This document shows, one piece after another, positions 41,179 through 52,545 of a stretch of DNA of 64,000 nt. A model generated the notes under the pieces. It saw nothing but the letters and a program-made list of their open reading frames with translations. It searched no databases and was not told the DNA's origin. The stretch comes from an uncultured Chloroflexia bacterium. GTDB lineage: Bacteria; Chloroflexota; Limnocylindria; Limnocylindrales; CSP1-4. Position 1 is the stretch's first letter; the number at the start of each line of letters is the position of its first letter. The translations under genes were made by a program, and so were the position numbers. The DNA lies in the NCBI GenBank assembly GCA_963746845.1, contig CAVVCZ010000004.1, positions 160,001 through 224,000 of the forward strand, written 5' to 3'.

Positions 41179-42687
41179 GTGGCCAAGGTGACGATGCCCC
41201 AGCTCGGCGAGAGCGTGGCCGAGGGGACGATCGGCAAGTGGCTCAAGCAACCCGGCGACACCGTCGAGAAGTACGAGCCGCTCGTCGAGGTCATCACCGA
41301 CAAGGTCAACGCCGAGGTCCCGTCGCCGTTCGCCGGCATCCTGAAGGAGATCCTCGTCGAGGAGGGGGCGACCGTCCCGAACAACGCCGAGATCGCGATC
41401 ATCGAGACGGCCGACGAAGGCGCATCGAACGGGAGCCCCGAACCGAAGGCGGCGGTTGCCGCGCCGGCGCCCGCGCCCGTGGCCGAGGTCCCCGCGGCGG
41501 TCGACGCCCCCGCACCGCCCGCCCGACCGTCCTTCACGCCGGCGAACGGCCCGGCCGGATCCGACGAGCTCCCCGAGCGGGCGGCGGCCAGCGCCACTTC
41601 AGCTCCGACGGCCGTCGCGGCCGATCCGGCCGATGCGCCCGGCAATCCCGATGCCCGGATGACCCCGGCCGTCCGCCGGCTGCTCCGTGAGCACGGCCTG
41701 ACCGCTGCCCAGATCGTCGGCACGGGCGGCGGCGGACGGATCACCCGCGAAGACGTGACGAACTACGTCGAGAGCCAGCGGACCGGCCAGCCCGTCGGCG
41801 GCCAGGCGGTCGGTGGTGCCGCGGTCGCGGCGAGCACGAACGGCGCCTCGGCCGCGCCGCCCGCCCCGCCCACGGCGGCGCCGACAACGAGCGCGCCCAC
41901 GCCCACGACGACGGCCGGTGCCGCGGCCCCGACGTCCGCCCCCGCGTCCGCCGCGCCCGGCATCGAATTCCCCGCCGGTGCCGACGAGCTCCTCGTCCCG
42001 ATGACCCAGATGCGCAAGGGGATCGCGGCGCAGATGACCCGCGCCCTGCAGGCGCCGCACGCCTACGTCCAGATGGAGGTCGACGTCACCCGGCTCGTCG
42101 CCTTCCGGGAGAAGGCGAAGCGCGATTACCAGGCGAAGGAGGGGATCGGCCTCAGCTACGTCCCGTTCGTCGTCAAGGCGACCGCGGCGGCGCTCAAGCG
42201 GAACCCGACATTCAACGCCCACTGGACCGAGGCCGGGCTGATGGCCAAGCGCCGCGTGAACGTCGGCGTGGCGGTCGCGGTCGACGACGGGCTGATCGTC
42301 CCGGTCATCCGCGACGCGGACCAGCTCTCGATCCACGGCCTGAACGTCGCGATCGCCGACGTGGCCAACCGGGCCAAGGCGAACAAGCTCCGGGTCGACG
42401 ACTTCGGCGGTGGGACGTTCACCGTCGACAACACCGGCTACCTCGGCACGAACCTGGTCATGCCGATCCTGAACGTTCCCGAGGTCGGGATCGTCACGAT
42501 GGAGGCGATCACCAAGCGTCCGGTCGTCGTGGCGACCCCGGACGGCGACGTGATCGCGATCCGGGCCGTGATGAACATGGTCCTCGGCGTCGATCACCGG
42601 GCGAACGACGGCGCCGGCGGCGCCGCGCTCCTCCGCGACATCAAGGCCTGGCTGGAGCACGTCGGACCCGATACCGCGATCTACTGA
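41179..42687 (+). CDS. bkdB: Dihydrolipoamide acyltransferase (E2)
   Basis: Lipoyl domain MPQLGESV...TDKVNAE; E3-binding TPAVRRL...GTGGGGRITREDV; DHRANDG. Confidence 0.92.
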   Translation: MAKVTMPQLGESVAEGTIGKWLKQPGDTVEKYEPLVEVITDKVNAEVPSPFAGILKEILVEEGATVPNNAEIAIIETADEGASNGSPEPKAAVAAPAPAPVAEVPAAVDAPAPPARPSFTPANGPAGSDELPERAAASATSAPTAVAADPADAPGNPDARMTPAVRRLLREHGLTAAQIVGTGGGGRITREDVTNYVESQRTGQPVGGQAVGGAAVAASTNGASAAPPAPPTAAPTTSAPTPTTTAGAAAPTSAPASAAPGIEFPAGADELLVPMTQMRKGIAAQMTRALQAPHAYVQMEVDVTRLVAFREKAKRDYQAKEGIGLSYVPFVVKATAAALKRNPTFNAHWTEAGLMAKRRVNVGVAVAVDDGLIVPVIRDADQLSIHGLNVAIADVANRAKANKLRVDDFGGGTFTVDNTGYLGTNLVMPILNVPEVGIVTMEAITKRPVVVATPDGDVIAIRAVMNMVLGVDHRANDGAGGAALLRDIKAWLEHVGPDTAIY

Positions 42688-42694
42688 GTCGCCG

Positions 42695-43654
42695 ATGCGC
42701 GTCGTCGTCACGGGGGGCGCCGGGCTCGTCGGGCGGGCCGTGATCGGGGCGCTCCGGGAGCGCGGCGACACCGTCCTTGCGCTCGTCCGCGACCCTCGCG
42801 CCGCGTCGTTCCTCGCGGAGGCGGGCGCAGAGCTGGCCGAGAGCGACCTGTCCGATGTCGCAGCGCTGACCGAGCAGCTGCGCGGGGCGGACGGCCTCGT
42901 CCATGCCGCGGGGAGCTACCGGATCGGCATCCCGAAGTCCGAGCACGGGGCGATGTGGGATGCGAACGTCGGCACGACGACGCGCGTCCTGGACGCGGCC
43001 GAGGCGGCCGGGACGCCGCGGATCGTCTACGTCTCCACCGTCAACGTCTTCGGGAACACCCCGGGTCGGACCGTCGACGAGACGTACCGGCGCGATCTCG
43101 CCGACGGGTTCCTGAGCTGGTACGACGAGACGAAATACGGCGCCCACGAGGTCGCCGAGGAGCGGATCGCCGCCGGGGCCCCGATCGTCATCGTCCAGCC
43201 GAGCCAGGTCTACGGCCCGGGCGATCGCACCGGGTTCGGCGAGCAGCTCCGGCTGGCGCACGCGGGCAAGCTCCCGTATCGCGCGGCCGACCATGTCCGG
43301 ATCGGGCTCGTCCATGCGGACGACCTGGCCGCCGGCATCGTCGCAGCGCTCGACCGCGGACGGACGGGGCAGGCGTACGTCATGAGCGGCCCCCAGACCA
43401 CCCTGGGCGAGGCCATCGCGATCGCCGCTCGGCTCGGTGGCCATGCCCCGCCTCGCCTCGGGATCCCGGACGGCCTCCTCCGGATCATGGCTCCGCTCGG
43501 CCCCCTGATCGGGCAACCGAACCTCGCCGAGATCGTGTCGTCGTCGGCCGGGGTCAGCTACCTGGCGACATCGGCCAGGGCCGAGTCGGAGCTCGGCTTC
43601 CACGCCCGGGACCTCGAGTCGGGCTTCCGCGACGTGTTCGGCAGCGCTGGCTAG
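42695..43654 (+). CDS. NAD-dependent epimerase/dehydratase
   Basis: [18 protein letters not shown] (YxxxK), VYGPG. Confidence 0.9.
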   Translation: MRVVVTGGAGLVGRAVIGALRERGDTVLALVRDPRAASFLAEAGAELAESDLSDVAALTEQLRGADGLVHAAGSYRIGIPKSEHGAMWDANVGTTTRVLDAAEAAGTPRIVYVSTVNVFGNTPGRTVDETYRRDLADGFLSWYDETKYGAHEVAEERIAAGAPIVIVQPSQVYGPGDRTGFGEQLRLAHAGKLPYRAADHVRIGLVHADDLAAGIVAALDRGRTGQAYVMSGPQTTLGEAIAIAARLGGHAPPRLGIPDGLLRIMAPLGPLIGQPNLAEIVSSSAGVSYLATSARAESELGFHARDLESGFRDVFGSAG

Positions 43655-43664
43655 ACTTCGCGCG

Positions 43665-44699
43665 ATGGCACGTGAGCTCCCGATGTTCGAACCGGCCGGT
43701 CCGGCCCATGGCGCCCGTCACGCTCCCGCCGGGCCGCCCACGATCGCGATGGGCGGATCGGTCACGCCACTGCGCCGCCACCCCGACTGGATCAAGGCGC
43801 GGCTGCCGTCCGGTGAGAACTACCACGACCTCAAGGGCCTGCTCCGTGGCCTGAACCTCAACACGGTCTGCGAGGAGGCTCACTGCCCGAACATCGGGGA
43901 GTGCTGGGACCAGCGCACGGCCACGATCATGATCCTCGGCGACACGTGCACCCGGGCGTGCGGCTTCTGCGCCGTGAAGACGGGCCGCCCCACCTGGTTC
44001 GACGACGACGAGCCACGGCGCGTCGCCGAGGCGGTCGGCGCGATGCGCCTCGAGCACGTCGTCGTCACGAGCGTCGCGCGGGACGACCTGCCGGACGGCG
44101 GGGCGCGGATCTTCGCCGAGACGATCACGCGCATGCGGGAGACGAGCCCCGGGATGGGGATCGAAGTCCTGATCCCGGACTTCGACGGATCCGACGACCG
44201 GCTCCGGATCGTGATGGACGCCCGGCCCGACATCCTCAACCACAACCTCGAGACCGTGCGCCGGCTCCAGAAGCCCGTTCGCAAGCGGGCCCGTTGGGAC
44301 CGGAGCCTGTACGTGCTGCGCCGGGCGAAGGAGATGTCGGTCGAGATCGGCTACGCGGCGCACACGAAGAGCTCCCTGATGGTGGGCCTCGGCGAGACGC
44401 GCGACGAGCTGACGGAGGCGTTCGAGGCCCTCCGGGCCGTCGATGTCGACATCCTCACGATCGGCCAGTATCTCCGGCCGTCCGAGCGGCATCTGCCGCT
44501 GGAGCGCTACTACCACCCGGACGAGTTTGTCGAGATGAAGGCGACGGCGCTCGAGCTCGGGTTCAGGCACGTCGAATCCGCGCCGCTGGTTCGTTCGTCG
44601 TACCACGCGCGCGATCAGGTCCCGGGCGCGGAGCTCAAGGCGCTCCGCCGGCGGGCCTCGCTCGACGCCGAAGGGCGGGTCGTTCCCGCCGCGAGCTGA
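43665..44699 (+). CDS. lipA: Lipoyl synthase
   Basis: [26 protein letters not shown]. Confidence 0.97.
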   Translation: MARELPMFEPAGPAHGARHAPAGPPTIAMGGSVTPLRRHPDWIKARLPSGENYHDLKGLLRGLNLNTVCEEAHCPNIGECWDQRTATIMILGDTCTRACGFCAVKTGRPTWFDDDEPRRVAEAVGAMRLEHVVVTSVARDDLPDGGARIFAETITRMRETSPGMGIEVLIPDFDGSDDRLRIVMDARPDILNHNLETVRRLQKPVRKRARWDRSLYVLRRAKEMSVEIGYAAHTKSSLMVGLGETRDELTEAFEALRAVDVDILTIGQYLRPSERHLPLERYYHPDEFVEMKATALELGFRHVESAPLVRSSYHARDQVPGAELKALRRRASLDAEGRVVPAAS

Positions 44700-44721
44700 C
44701 CCGAGGGTCCGCGGACCCACG

Positions 44722-46327
44722 ATGACCCCACGCAGCCCGGATGAGGGCAACGGCACGGCCGGACCGGACGACGACGGCTTCGTGGTCGATCCGGTCCGGG
44801 TCGGCGCGGGTGATCGACGGTCGTGGCGCGCCATCGCGTGGGTCGCGCTGGTTGGCGTCGTCGCGATCGGCGTGATCGTCGCCCGTCCCTGGACGGCGAT
44901 CCCGCAGCCCACCGTCCCGAGTCCACCGCCCGGGATCGCGGTCGCGTCTCCGAGTCCAGTCGCACTCACGGCCCCGTCGCCAACCCCGTTCGCCGCGCCA
45001 CCGACGGACGCGGACCTCGTCGCGGCGTCCGTGGCCCGACCGGACTGGGGGATCCGGGCGATCGTCGTCCCGGCCGAGGCCGAGACGGCGGGCAATGGAA
45101 CCGGCTTCGGTCTCAGCGAGCGTTGGCTGCCGCTCGCCCCGACGGCTGCCGATGCGCCCGTCCCGCAACCGTCGGCGCTCCCGCTCCGGCCGGGCGACGC
45201 CGTCGTCGCGATCGGGATCACGACGCCACCCACCGAGCTGCCGCTCGACGAGCGGATCTGGCACGTGGACGGCGGCGCGTCGCACTGGCTCGACCCGCGG
45301 CCGGCACCTGGCCAGCTCGTCGGCGAGCGCCTGGACCGTCCCGATCCGCGGTTCACCACGACCCTCGACACGTGGCCGGCCGGGACGTACCGGCTCGACC
45401 TCCTGCTCGGCGGTCGGATCGTCCGGTTCGCGGTCACGATCCCGACGTCGGACGCACCAACGGTCGCCCGGCCCGCGCCCATCATTCGTCCCGAGCCTGC
45501 CCGGCGACACGACGGGGCTCAGCGATGGCGTGCCGTTCGCGGTCGTCGACGGCCGGTCGATGGCTCTCGATGTCATCGACGACCCCTCGATCGACGAGCT
45601 CTCGGGATGGATCGGGCCCGTCACCGGCACGACGCCGATCGCGGCAATCGCACGCGTGCCGGCTGGACGGGTCGCCGCGCTCGGGGTCGCCCTTGGCCCC
45701 GGAGATCGCGTGGAGACGGCCTCAGTGGAGCGCCTGACGCCGCCGACCGGGGACAGCGGTGCCGTTCGATCGGATCTGTCGCCCGCCGCCGACCATCCGG
45801 CGGCCCTCGAGCTGTCGCAGTCGGGCGGCGGCGCGCTCGCCGATGGGTTGTACCGCCTGCGCGCGACTTGGCTGACGTCGGCCGGCGGGGCCGCGGAGCA
45901 CGCCTGGAACGTCGAGGTCGGTCCGTCGATCGTCGCCCCCGAGTGGTCGGTCGCCGCCTCGCTGCGCGGCCTCGCGTCCGCCGCCGACCGGCTCGGGTCG
46001 GATCCCGCGACACCCCTGGTGACGCCCCGCGGTCCGGCGGCCACCGGCACGTCCACCGACGTCTGCGCCGCGACCCTGGGCCCGGGCGACGACCTGTTGG
46101 GGATCGTCGAGCCGACCGACCAGACGGTGATCGACGTCCGGATGCTTCCGAACTCGGCGGTCCGGGGCGGCGACGTCGCCACTCGCCTGGCTCCGGGCGC
46201 GGTCGGGCCGCTGTCGATCGTCGGCCTCCCACCGGGTGGGCTCGCGGCTCGCGACTACACCCTGATCGCCGACCTCCAGTCCGGCGGGGTGCGCACGCGG
46301 GTCGTGTGGGGGGTCTGCGTGACCTGA
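44722..46327 (+). CDS. Hypothetical membrane-anchored protein; frameshift at ~45479
   Basis: N-terminal TM and Pro/Ser linker; coding-style sequence continues in the 45095..46327 frame after CCC at 45478-45480. Confidence 0.65.
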
Positions 46328-46331
46328 GCAG

Positions 46332-47018
46332 TCAGCGAGTTTCGGCGAAGCCGCCGCTCTCGCGTGGCGGGTTGCCGGACGGCCCGCCTGCCGCGTGCTC
46401 GCGTCGGATCCGGCGGTCTCGCCCGAAGTCGCCGAGGGCGATGATCGCGCCGGCGACGACGAGGAGACCCGCGAAGATCGCGACCACGTGGTACGCCACG
46501 GAGCGATAGCCGCCGTTGTCCGGGTCGAGGAACGGGTACGGATACCAGCTGTCGGCGGCGCCCCGGATCAGGGTCAGGCCCACCCAGATCAGCGGGAAGA
46601 TCAGCCACAGGAGCACGTCCTGCATCCGGAGGTCGGTCTCGGGTGGGTCGACGAGCCAGTCGATCACGACGAGGACCGGGAACAGCTTGTGGACGATGAT
46701 ATCGACGAGCGCGTTCGACAGGCTCAGCTCCGCCCCGCTGAGCAGGACCACGACGACGATGAACGTCACGATCAGGTACAGCACCGAGGCGCCGCGGAGG
46801 AGGTCGTCGGTGCGGGTTCGCGCAGCCCGCCACCGGACGGCGAGCCAGAGCCACAGGAACGCGCCGAAGAGATTGCTCAGGATCGTGAAGAACGCGAAGA
46901 ACCGGAGCGGCCGGAAGAGCCCGCTGTCGATGATCAGCCACGCCTGGTAGGCGATCGCGCCGAGCACGACGAGGGCCGTGACCGCCCGGAACACGGCGAG
47001 CGTCTGACGGCGATCCAT
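46332..47018 (-). CDS. Pr6Pr-family membrane protein
   Basis: FFAFFTILSN, LRGA..Y, H...P...DW, WYPYPFLDP. Confidence 0.85.
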   Translation of the reverse strand: MDRRQTLAVFRAVTALVVLGAIAYQAWLIIDSGLFRPLRFFAFFTILSNLFGAFLWLWLAVRWRAARTRTDDLLRGASVLYLIVTFIVVVVLLSGAELSLSNALVDIIVHKLFPVLVVIDWLVDPPETDLRMQDVLLWLIFPLIWVGLTLIRGAADSWYPYPFLDPDNGGYRSVAYHVVAIFAGLLVVAGAIIALGDFGRDRRIRREHAAGGPSGNPPRESGGFAETR

Positions 47019-47087
47019 GGCGGCATCCTACCCGCCGCGTCGAGGTCGTCGTGCGGGCGATTGCCGCCGCCCGATATGCTGCGGGCG

Positions 47088-48143
47088 ATGGCACGACTGC
47101 TCTCCCGGAAGGTCCCCCTCGCGGAGCTCCATTGCCATCTCGGCGGGGCCGTGACGCCGGCGATCATGTGGAGCATCGCCCACGCCCAGGGGATCAAGCT
47201 CCCGACCCGCGACTACTGGGAGTTCCGCGACACGATCACCGTGTCAGAGAAGCGGGCCCGGAGCTTCGACGGCTACCTCCAGCTCTTCCACTGGACCGAG
47301 CTGATCCAGAGCTCGCCGATCGCGGTCGAGCGGGCCGTCTACGAGGTCGTCGGCGGCGCCTACCGGAAGAACAACGTCACGACGACCGAGCTCCGGTTCA
47401 ACCCGATGAAGCGGAACCGCGGCGGCGAGCAGGACCTCGACCACATCATCGCGGCCGCGACGCGCGGGATGGATCGGGCGAGCCTCGAGTACCCGGTGAA
47501 GCCGGGCCTGATCTTCTGTCTCGACCGGGCGTTCCCGTACGAGCTCAACGAGATCATCGTCGAGAAGGCGATCGCCTGGCGCGATCGCGGGGTGGTCGGG
47601 GTGGACATCGCAGGCCCCGAGAGCGCGACCTTCCGGGTCGCGGACTATCGGCGGCTGTACCGGCGGGCCCGCCAGTTCGGGTTGGGCCTCACGGTCCACA
47701 CCGGCGAGGCCGGCCCGGTCGACGAGGTCGCCCGGGTCGTGGAGCTGCTCGAGCCGGACCGGATCGGCCACGGCGTGAAGGCGGCGTACGACCCGCGGGC
47801 CCTCGCGATGATTCGCGAGCGCGGCATCGTCCTCGAGATCTGCCCGAGCTCCAACCTCAACACCCGCGTCGTGTCCGGCTGGGACGAGTTCCGCTGGATC
47901 TTCGACACGCTCCGGCGGAACGAGGTCCGGTTCACGATCAACACGGACGGTCCGGAGATGCTCAAGACCTACATCCGCGACGAGATGGCGTCGCTCGGCC
48001 GCCTCGGGATCCTGACCGTCGAGGACCAGGAGGTCGCGGCCGCGACGTCGCTCGCGGCGTCCTTCGTGCCGAACGTCTCTGACGTTCCGCCGCCTCGCCT
48101 CGAGCCCGCGTCACGCGTCGTGGTAGAGCGCGAGGAGGCGTAG
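47088..48143 (+). CDS. add: Adenosine deaminase family protein
   Basis: ELHCHLGG, ELRFNP, HTGE, RIGHG, EICPSSN, NTDGP. Confidence 0.85.
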   Translation: MARLLSRKVPLAELHCHLGGAVTPAIMWSIAHAQGIKLPTRDYWEFRDTITVSEKRARSFDGYLQLFHWTELIQSSPIAVERAVYEVVGGAYRKNNVTTTELRFNPMKRNRGGEQDLDHIIAAATRGMDRASLEYPVKPGLIFCLDRAFPYELNEIIVEKAIAWRDRGVVGVDIAGPESATFRVADYRRLYRRARQFGLGLTVHTGEAGPVDEVARVVELLEPDRIGHGVKAAYDPRALAMIRERGIVLEICPSSNLNTRVVSGWDEFRWIFDTLRRNEVRFTINTDGPEMLKTYIRDEMASLGRLGILTVEDQEVAAATSLAASFVPNVSDVPPPRLEPASRVVVEREEA

Positions 48144-48171
48144 CCCGCCCGGGCGGACCGGCCGCCTGCGC

Positions 48172-48874
48172 TCAGTCCGGCGGGATCACCCGGTATGAGC
48201 AGCACCGGTCCCCGGACACGATGTGCGTCTCGCGGACGACCTCGACGCCCAGGACGTCGCGGAAGAGGTCGAGCTCCGCCTGACAGGCGGTCCGCTGGCC
48301 CCTGGCCACGTCGAGGATCGCGCAGTTGTGCTCGCGGAGCCGGATCGCCCCGTCGTCCTCGACCACGGCATCGGCGAGGTAGCCCTGCTCGTCCTGGATG
48401 GCCGCGAGGGCCGCGACGCGATCCGCGAGGGGTGCGTCCGGCGCGACCCGCTCGTCGAGCTGGTTCCGGACCCGCTCGCCGGACTGGCGCCGCCGCGCCT
48501 GGAAGATCTGTTCGATCAGGGCGTCGCCGCCGACCGCGCCGATCGCCGCGAGCAGCCCGGCGGCGAGGCCGTCGTAGTTCGTGGGGAAGAGCTCCTGGGC
48601 GTCCGGCGTGATGTCGTACAGGTGGCGCGGCCGGCCCGACGCCGTGGCGGATCGTCTCGCGGCTCACGAAGTGGGTGGCCTCGAGCGCGCGCAGCTGCTG
48701 GAGGACGCCCGTCCGGCTGGCCCCGATCGCGGTCGCGAGCTGGTCCGGGGTCGAGGGACCGTCACGTCGGAGGCGGACGAGGATCTCCCGGCGCAGCGCG
48801 CGGGACGTGGCGGCGACCGGTTGCGTCCCCGGAACAGGGGCCGCGCGGCCGGCGTCGGCTGGGGCCTGATCCAT
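48172..48874 (-). CDS. ArsR/SufR-like HTH transcriptional regulator; frameshift at ~48636
   Basis: HTH (LATAIGASRTGVLQQL); GVGRPRHLY after removing one G; EHNCAI...CQAEL...GDRCCSY. Confidence 0.82.
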
Positions 48875-48951
48875 CGGCGAAGGCTAGCACCGGCCGCCTC
48901 CGGGCGTGGTCGCCGGCGCCGGCGCCGAAGCCCGGTGCTACGCTCGGGCCC

Positions 48952-50119
48952 ATGGACTTCGACCTGTCGCCAGAGCACGCACTCCTCCGTTCGACCGTGC
49001 GCGAGGTCATGGAGACGGAGGTCGCCCCGGTCATCGACGAGCACGAGCACGCCCACCGGTTCCCGTCGGAGATCGTCCGGCGGCTCGGCGAGATGGGCTG
49101 GCTCGGGATCCCCGTCGCCGAGGCGGACGGCGGAGCGGGCATGGACACCCTCGCCTACGCCATCGCCGTCGAGGAGATCAGCCGGGTCTGGGGCTCGCTC
49201 GGGATCATCGTCGCGGCCCACACGTCGCTCGGCTGCGGGCCGCTGATGATCGCCGGCACGGCCGAGCAGAAGGAGCGGTTCCTGCGGCCCCTCGCCTCCG
49301 GCCGGGTGATCGGCGCGTACGGCCTCACGGAGCCCGGTGCCGGGTCCGACGCCGGCGGGACCCGGACGACCGCCCGCCGCGAGACGACGCCCGACGGCGA
49401 CACCTGGGTGATCGACGGCGGCAAGCGGTTCATCACGAACGCCGGACAGGCCGGGACGTACATCGTGACTGCCCGGACCGGGACGACGGACAAGGGCGAC
49501 GCCGAGATCAGCGCGTTCATCGTGCACGGCGGACACGCCGGGCTTCTCGGTCGGGCGGCTGGAGGACAAGCTCGGCCTCCACGCCTCGGCGACCGGCGAG
49601 CTGATCTTCGACGGCGCGCGGATCCCCGCCGCGAACCTTCTCGGCGAGCAGGGCAAGGGGTTCCGGACCTTCCTGAAGGTCCTCGACGGCGGCCGGATCA
49701 GCATCGCCGCGATGGCCCTCGGGATCGCCCAGGGCGCGTACGAGGCGGCCGCGGCCTACAGCAAGGAACGCGAGCAGTTCGGCCGCCCGATCGGGACCTT
49801 CCAGGGCGTCGCGTTCATGGTCGCCGACATGGCGACCGAGATCGAGGCGGCCCGGGCGCTCGTGTACCGGGCCGCGTGGCTGAAGGACCAGGGCCGCGAC
49901 TACACCGTCGCGGGCGCCCAGGCGAAGCTGTTCGCGTCGGAGGTCAGCAGCCGCGTCACCAACGCCGCGATCCAGGTCCACGGCGGGTACGGCTACGTCG
50001 AGGAATACAAGGTCGAGCGCTACCTGCGGGACGCGAAGCTGACCGAGATCGGGGAGGGGACGAGCCAGGTCCAGCGGCTCGTGATCGCTCGCAAGCTGCT
50101 GGACCTGCGGGTCGTCTGA
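48952..50119 (+). CDS. Acyl-CoA dehydrogenase; frameshift at ~49526
   Basis: YGLTEPGAGSD, GKRFITNA, then KLGLHAS, REQFGRPI, IQVHGGYGY, EIGEGTSQVQR. Confidence 0.92.
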
Positions 50120-50137
50120 CCGCGATTCAGGTTCGCA

Positions 50138-51103
50138 TCACCGAGAGGGAGATGGACTGGACGGGGCCGTTTCGAAGCGGATCGACGCGACGATCCGATC
50201 CAGTTCGGCGCGGTCGGCCGCGGAGGTGCCGGGCAGGTACATCGCGTCGATCACTTGTCGGGTGCCGTCGACGTCGATGATGTAGAACGTGTTGACCTGC
50301 CCGACGCCGTGGGTATATGGCTGGGCGCCGAATCCGTTGTCACTGACGAACCGACCGAACATCGCTTGGTCGCCATCGGAATCGCACGTGCTCTCGTCGA
50401 GGCCCGACGGAAGCGACAGCTTGACCTTCTTGCCAGGGTGACCCCCGACGGTCACTGGAGCCGCCGCCGAGGCACCGGGGCCAGCCTGCGCGACGAGCGC
50501 GGTTGCGAGGTCATCGACCGTCGGTCCGACGGGTGGATCGAGCTCGGTTCCGCGCCAATGACAGCCGCCCGTGTAGACGTTGTCGACGAAGTGCGGTTTG
50601 ACGTACAGGTCGAAGATGTCCGAACCACCACGGACATCCTTGCCGATGCGCCACGCTTCGAGCGGGGCGTACCAGCCGGTAGCAGGCATCGTGAAGGTCA
50701 TCCGCGATGCGACACAGCATGGGTCTGTGATGGCATAGGTCGTCCCGGGAGCGTAACTGCCGGTGAAGTTCAAGGTTGACGGACTCGACGCTGACGGAGC
50801 CGGCGTCGGCGACGGGCTCGGCGCCGGACTCGAAGCCGGGCCGGGCCCGGTGCTGGTAACACCGCCGCTCCTGGGCAGAAGATTGATCCCCACGAGCGCC
50901 ACGACCACCACGACGGCAGCCGCGAGCGCGAACTTGGCAAGGTTGTTCATCTCTCCGAACCTCCGCGCCGGCCACCAGGCACGACGCTGGGGGGTCGCGG
51001 GGAGCTGGTCGAGCACGGCATCCAGGACACGGTCCGGCAGCGCCGTCCGACCCTCCTCCAGCCACGACCGAACGATGCGGGTGACGTCGCGGTCGGTGCT
51101 CAT
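50138..51103 (-). CDS. Single-TM ECF-sigma partner (putative anti-sigma/sensor)
   Basis: MSTDRDVTRIVRSWL...TPQRR, TM, Ser/Pro linker, Cys-containing extracellular domain; ATGA-coupled to the sigma gene. Confidence 0.8.
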   Translation of the reverse strand: MSTDRDVTRIVRSWLEEGRTALPDRVLDAVLDQLPATPQRRAWWPARRFGEMNNLAKFALAAAVVVVVALVGINLLPRSGGVTSTGPGPASSPAPSPSPTPAPSASSPSTLNFTGSYAPGTTYAITDPCCVASRMTFTMPATGWYAPLEAWRIGKDVRGGSDIFDLYVKPHFVDNVYTGGCHWRGTELDPPVGPTVDDLATALVAQAGPGASAAAPVTVGGHPGKKVKLSLPSGLDESTCDSDGDQAMFGRFVSDNGFGAQPYTHGVGQVNTFYIIDVDGTRQVIDAMYLPGTSAADRAELDRIVASIRFETAPSSPSPSR

Positions 51104-51648
51104 CGGGCAACCTCCTGCGTCGCCGGCCGCGCGTCAGCCTCGAGGGCTGCCCGCAGGCCGCGCATCGCGTGATGCAATCGGGATCGGACCGTCCCGACGG
51201 GGACGCCGAGGACGTCGGCGACCGCGTCGAGCGGCAGGTCGAGATAGTGGTGGAGGACTACCACGGCTCGATGGTCGATGGAAAGACGCTGGAAGCCGCG
51301 CTCGAGCTGGTCGCGATCGACGACCGCGCTCAGGCCCTCCGCCTCGTCCGGCTCATCGGCCGGCAGGAGTCGGACGTTCGGTGCCCAGCGACGCGTCCGG
51401 CCGGCCTCGGCGTAGCAGGCGCGCACGAGGAGCCGGTACGACCAGGCGTCGAAGCGCGCCGGGTCGCGGAGCTGCGGAAGGTCCCGCCAGATCGCGAGCA
51501 GCGCCTGCTGCGTCGCGTCCTCGGCAAGGTCGGTGTCGCGCAGGATCCTGTGCGCCACCGCGTGGAGTCGGTCGCCCGCGACGACGGCGAGGCTCGCGAA
51601 GGCCTCCTCGTCGCCACGTTGCGCCCGTCCGATGAGATCGGCATCCAC
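51100..51648 (-). CDS. ECF RNA polymerase sigma factor (paralog of 9671..10219)
   Basis: LAEDATQQAL...DLPQLRDPARFDAWSYRLLVRACY; GTVRSRLH. Confidence 0.93.
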   Translation of the reverse strand: MDADLIGRAQRGDEEAFASLAVVAGDRLHAVAHRILRDTDLAEDATQQALLAIWRDLPQLRDPARFDAWSYRLLVRACYAEAGRTRRWAPNVRLLPADEPDEAEGLSAVVDRDQLERGFQRLSIDHRAVVVLHHYLDLPLDAVADVLGVPVGTVRSRLHHAMRGLRAALEADARPATQEVAR

Positions 51649-51742
51649 GTCGCTTCCGCCGTAGGGCGCCCGAGGCTCGGGCACTCACACGGTATGGGCG
51701 GTGTCGAGCGGGCGGCGACTCAACATTCGTCGCCGGCGTGCG

Positions 51743-52414
51743 TCAGGCGACCTCGACGAGCCGGACCATCAACCGCAATTCGTTGCTCGCTCCGAGGCAG
51801 GTCTGGAGGGTCATGCTCGGTCGGGCCTGGGCCGCCCAGGCCCACGACGCCGACGTCGTCGGCTTCGTCACCCGCCACCACACGACGCGGTACTCGTGGA
51901 CCTTTCCGGCGTTGTCCGCGTACCACACCCGCATCCCCTTCTTCAGCCGTCCTGCGACGTACGCGTCGTGGAGCGGCTCGAACACGCTGGCGGCATGGCC
52001 GAGCAGGTAGACGTTGTTGGTTCCGGCGCAGCCCCAGCGGTAGACGCGGTTGCCGGGCGGCTCCGTCCGCGAGCACGGGAAGACGCTGATCGACCGGCTG
52101 ACGCCGAGCGACGGGATCCAGACGTGGTTCAGTCCGCGATATCGGGCCGGCTTCGACGGCGCGGTCGCCTTCGGCCGGACGACCGCAGGGCGACTGGCTG
52201 GACGACTGGCCGGGCGGACCCACAGCGTCGCGATGGTCGCGGCGCGCAGCCCGACGATGCTGGCCGCGGTTGGGCGGGTGGGCGCCAACCCCAGACCGGC
52301 GTCGGGCGATTGGGCGGCGACGGGTCCGGGCGCGCCGAACATGAGAGCGGCGACGACGACGGCAGCCATCGTCGCGAGCACGGGGTCGCGGGTCCGGGCG
52401 TGCCGGAAGTCCAT
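51743..52414 (-). CDS. Sortase-family protein
   Basis: Catalytic triad pattern LGH...TLQTC...R; N-terminal hydrophobic segment. Confidence 0.8.
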   Translation of the reverse strand: MDFRHARTRDPVLATMAAVVVAALMFGAPGPVAAQSPDAGLGLAPTRPTAASIVGLRAATIATLWVRPASRPASRPAVVRPKATAPSKPARYRGLNHVWIPSLGVSRSISVFPCSRTEPPGNRVYRWGCAGTNNVYLLGHAASVFEPLHDAYVAGRLKKGMRVWYADNAGKVHEYRVVWWRVTKPTTSASWAWAAQARPSMTLQTCLGASNELRLMVRLVEVA

Positions 52415-52545
52415 CGCCCGACCATCGTCGACGCAGGCCGCAAGCCGGTTGACGCCATCGTCAGCATCGTGCCAGGACCATGGTGCCGGGCTGCACCGTT
52501 CCGGTTCGGACCGGTGTGGTCTGGTGGGGTCCGCCGGTGGTGCAG

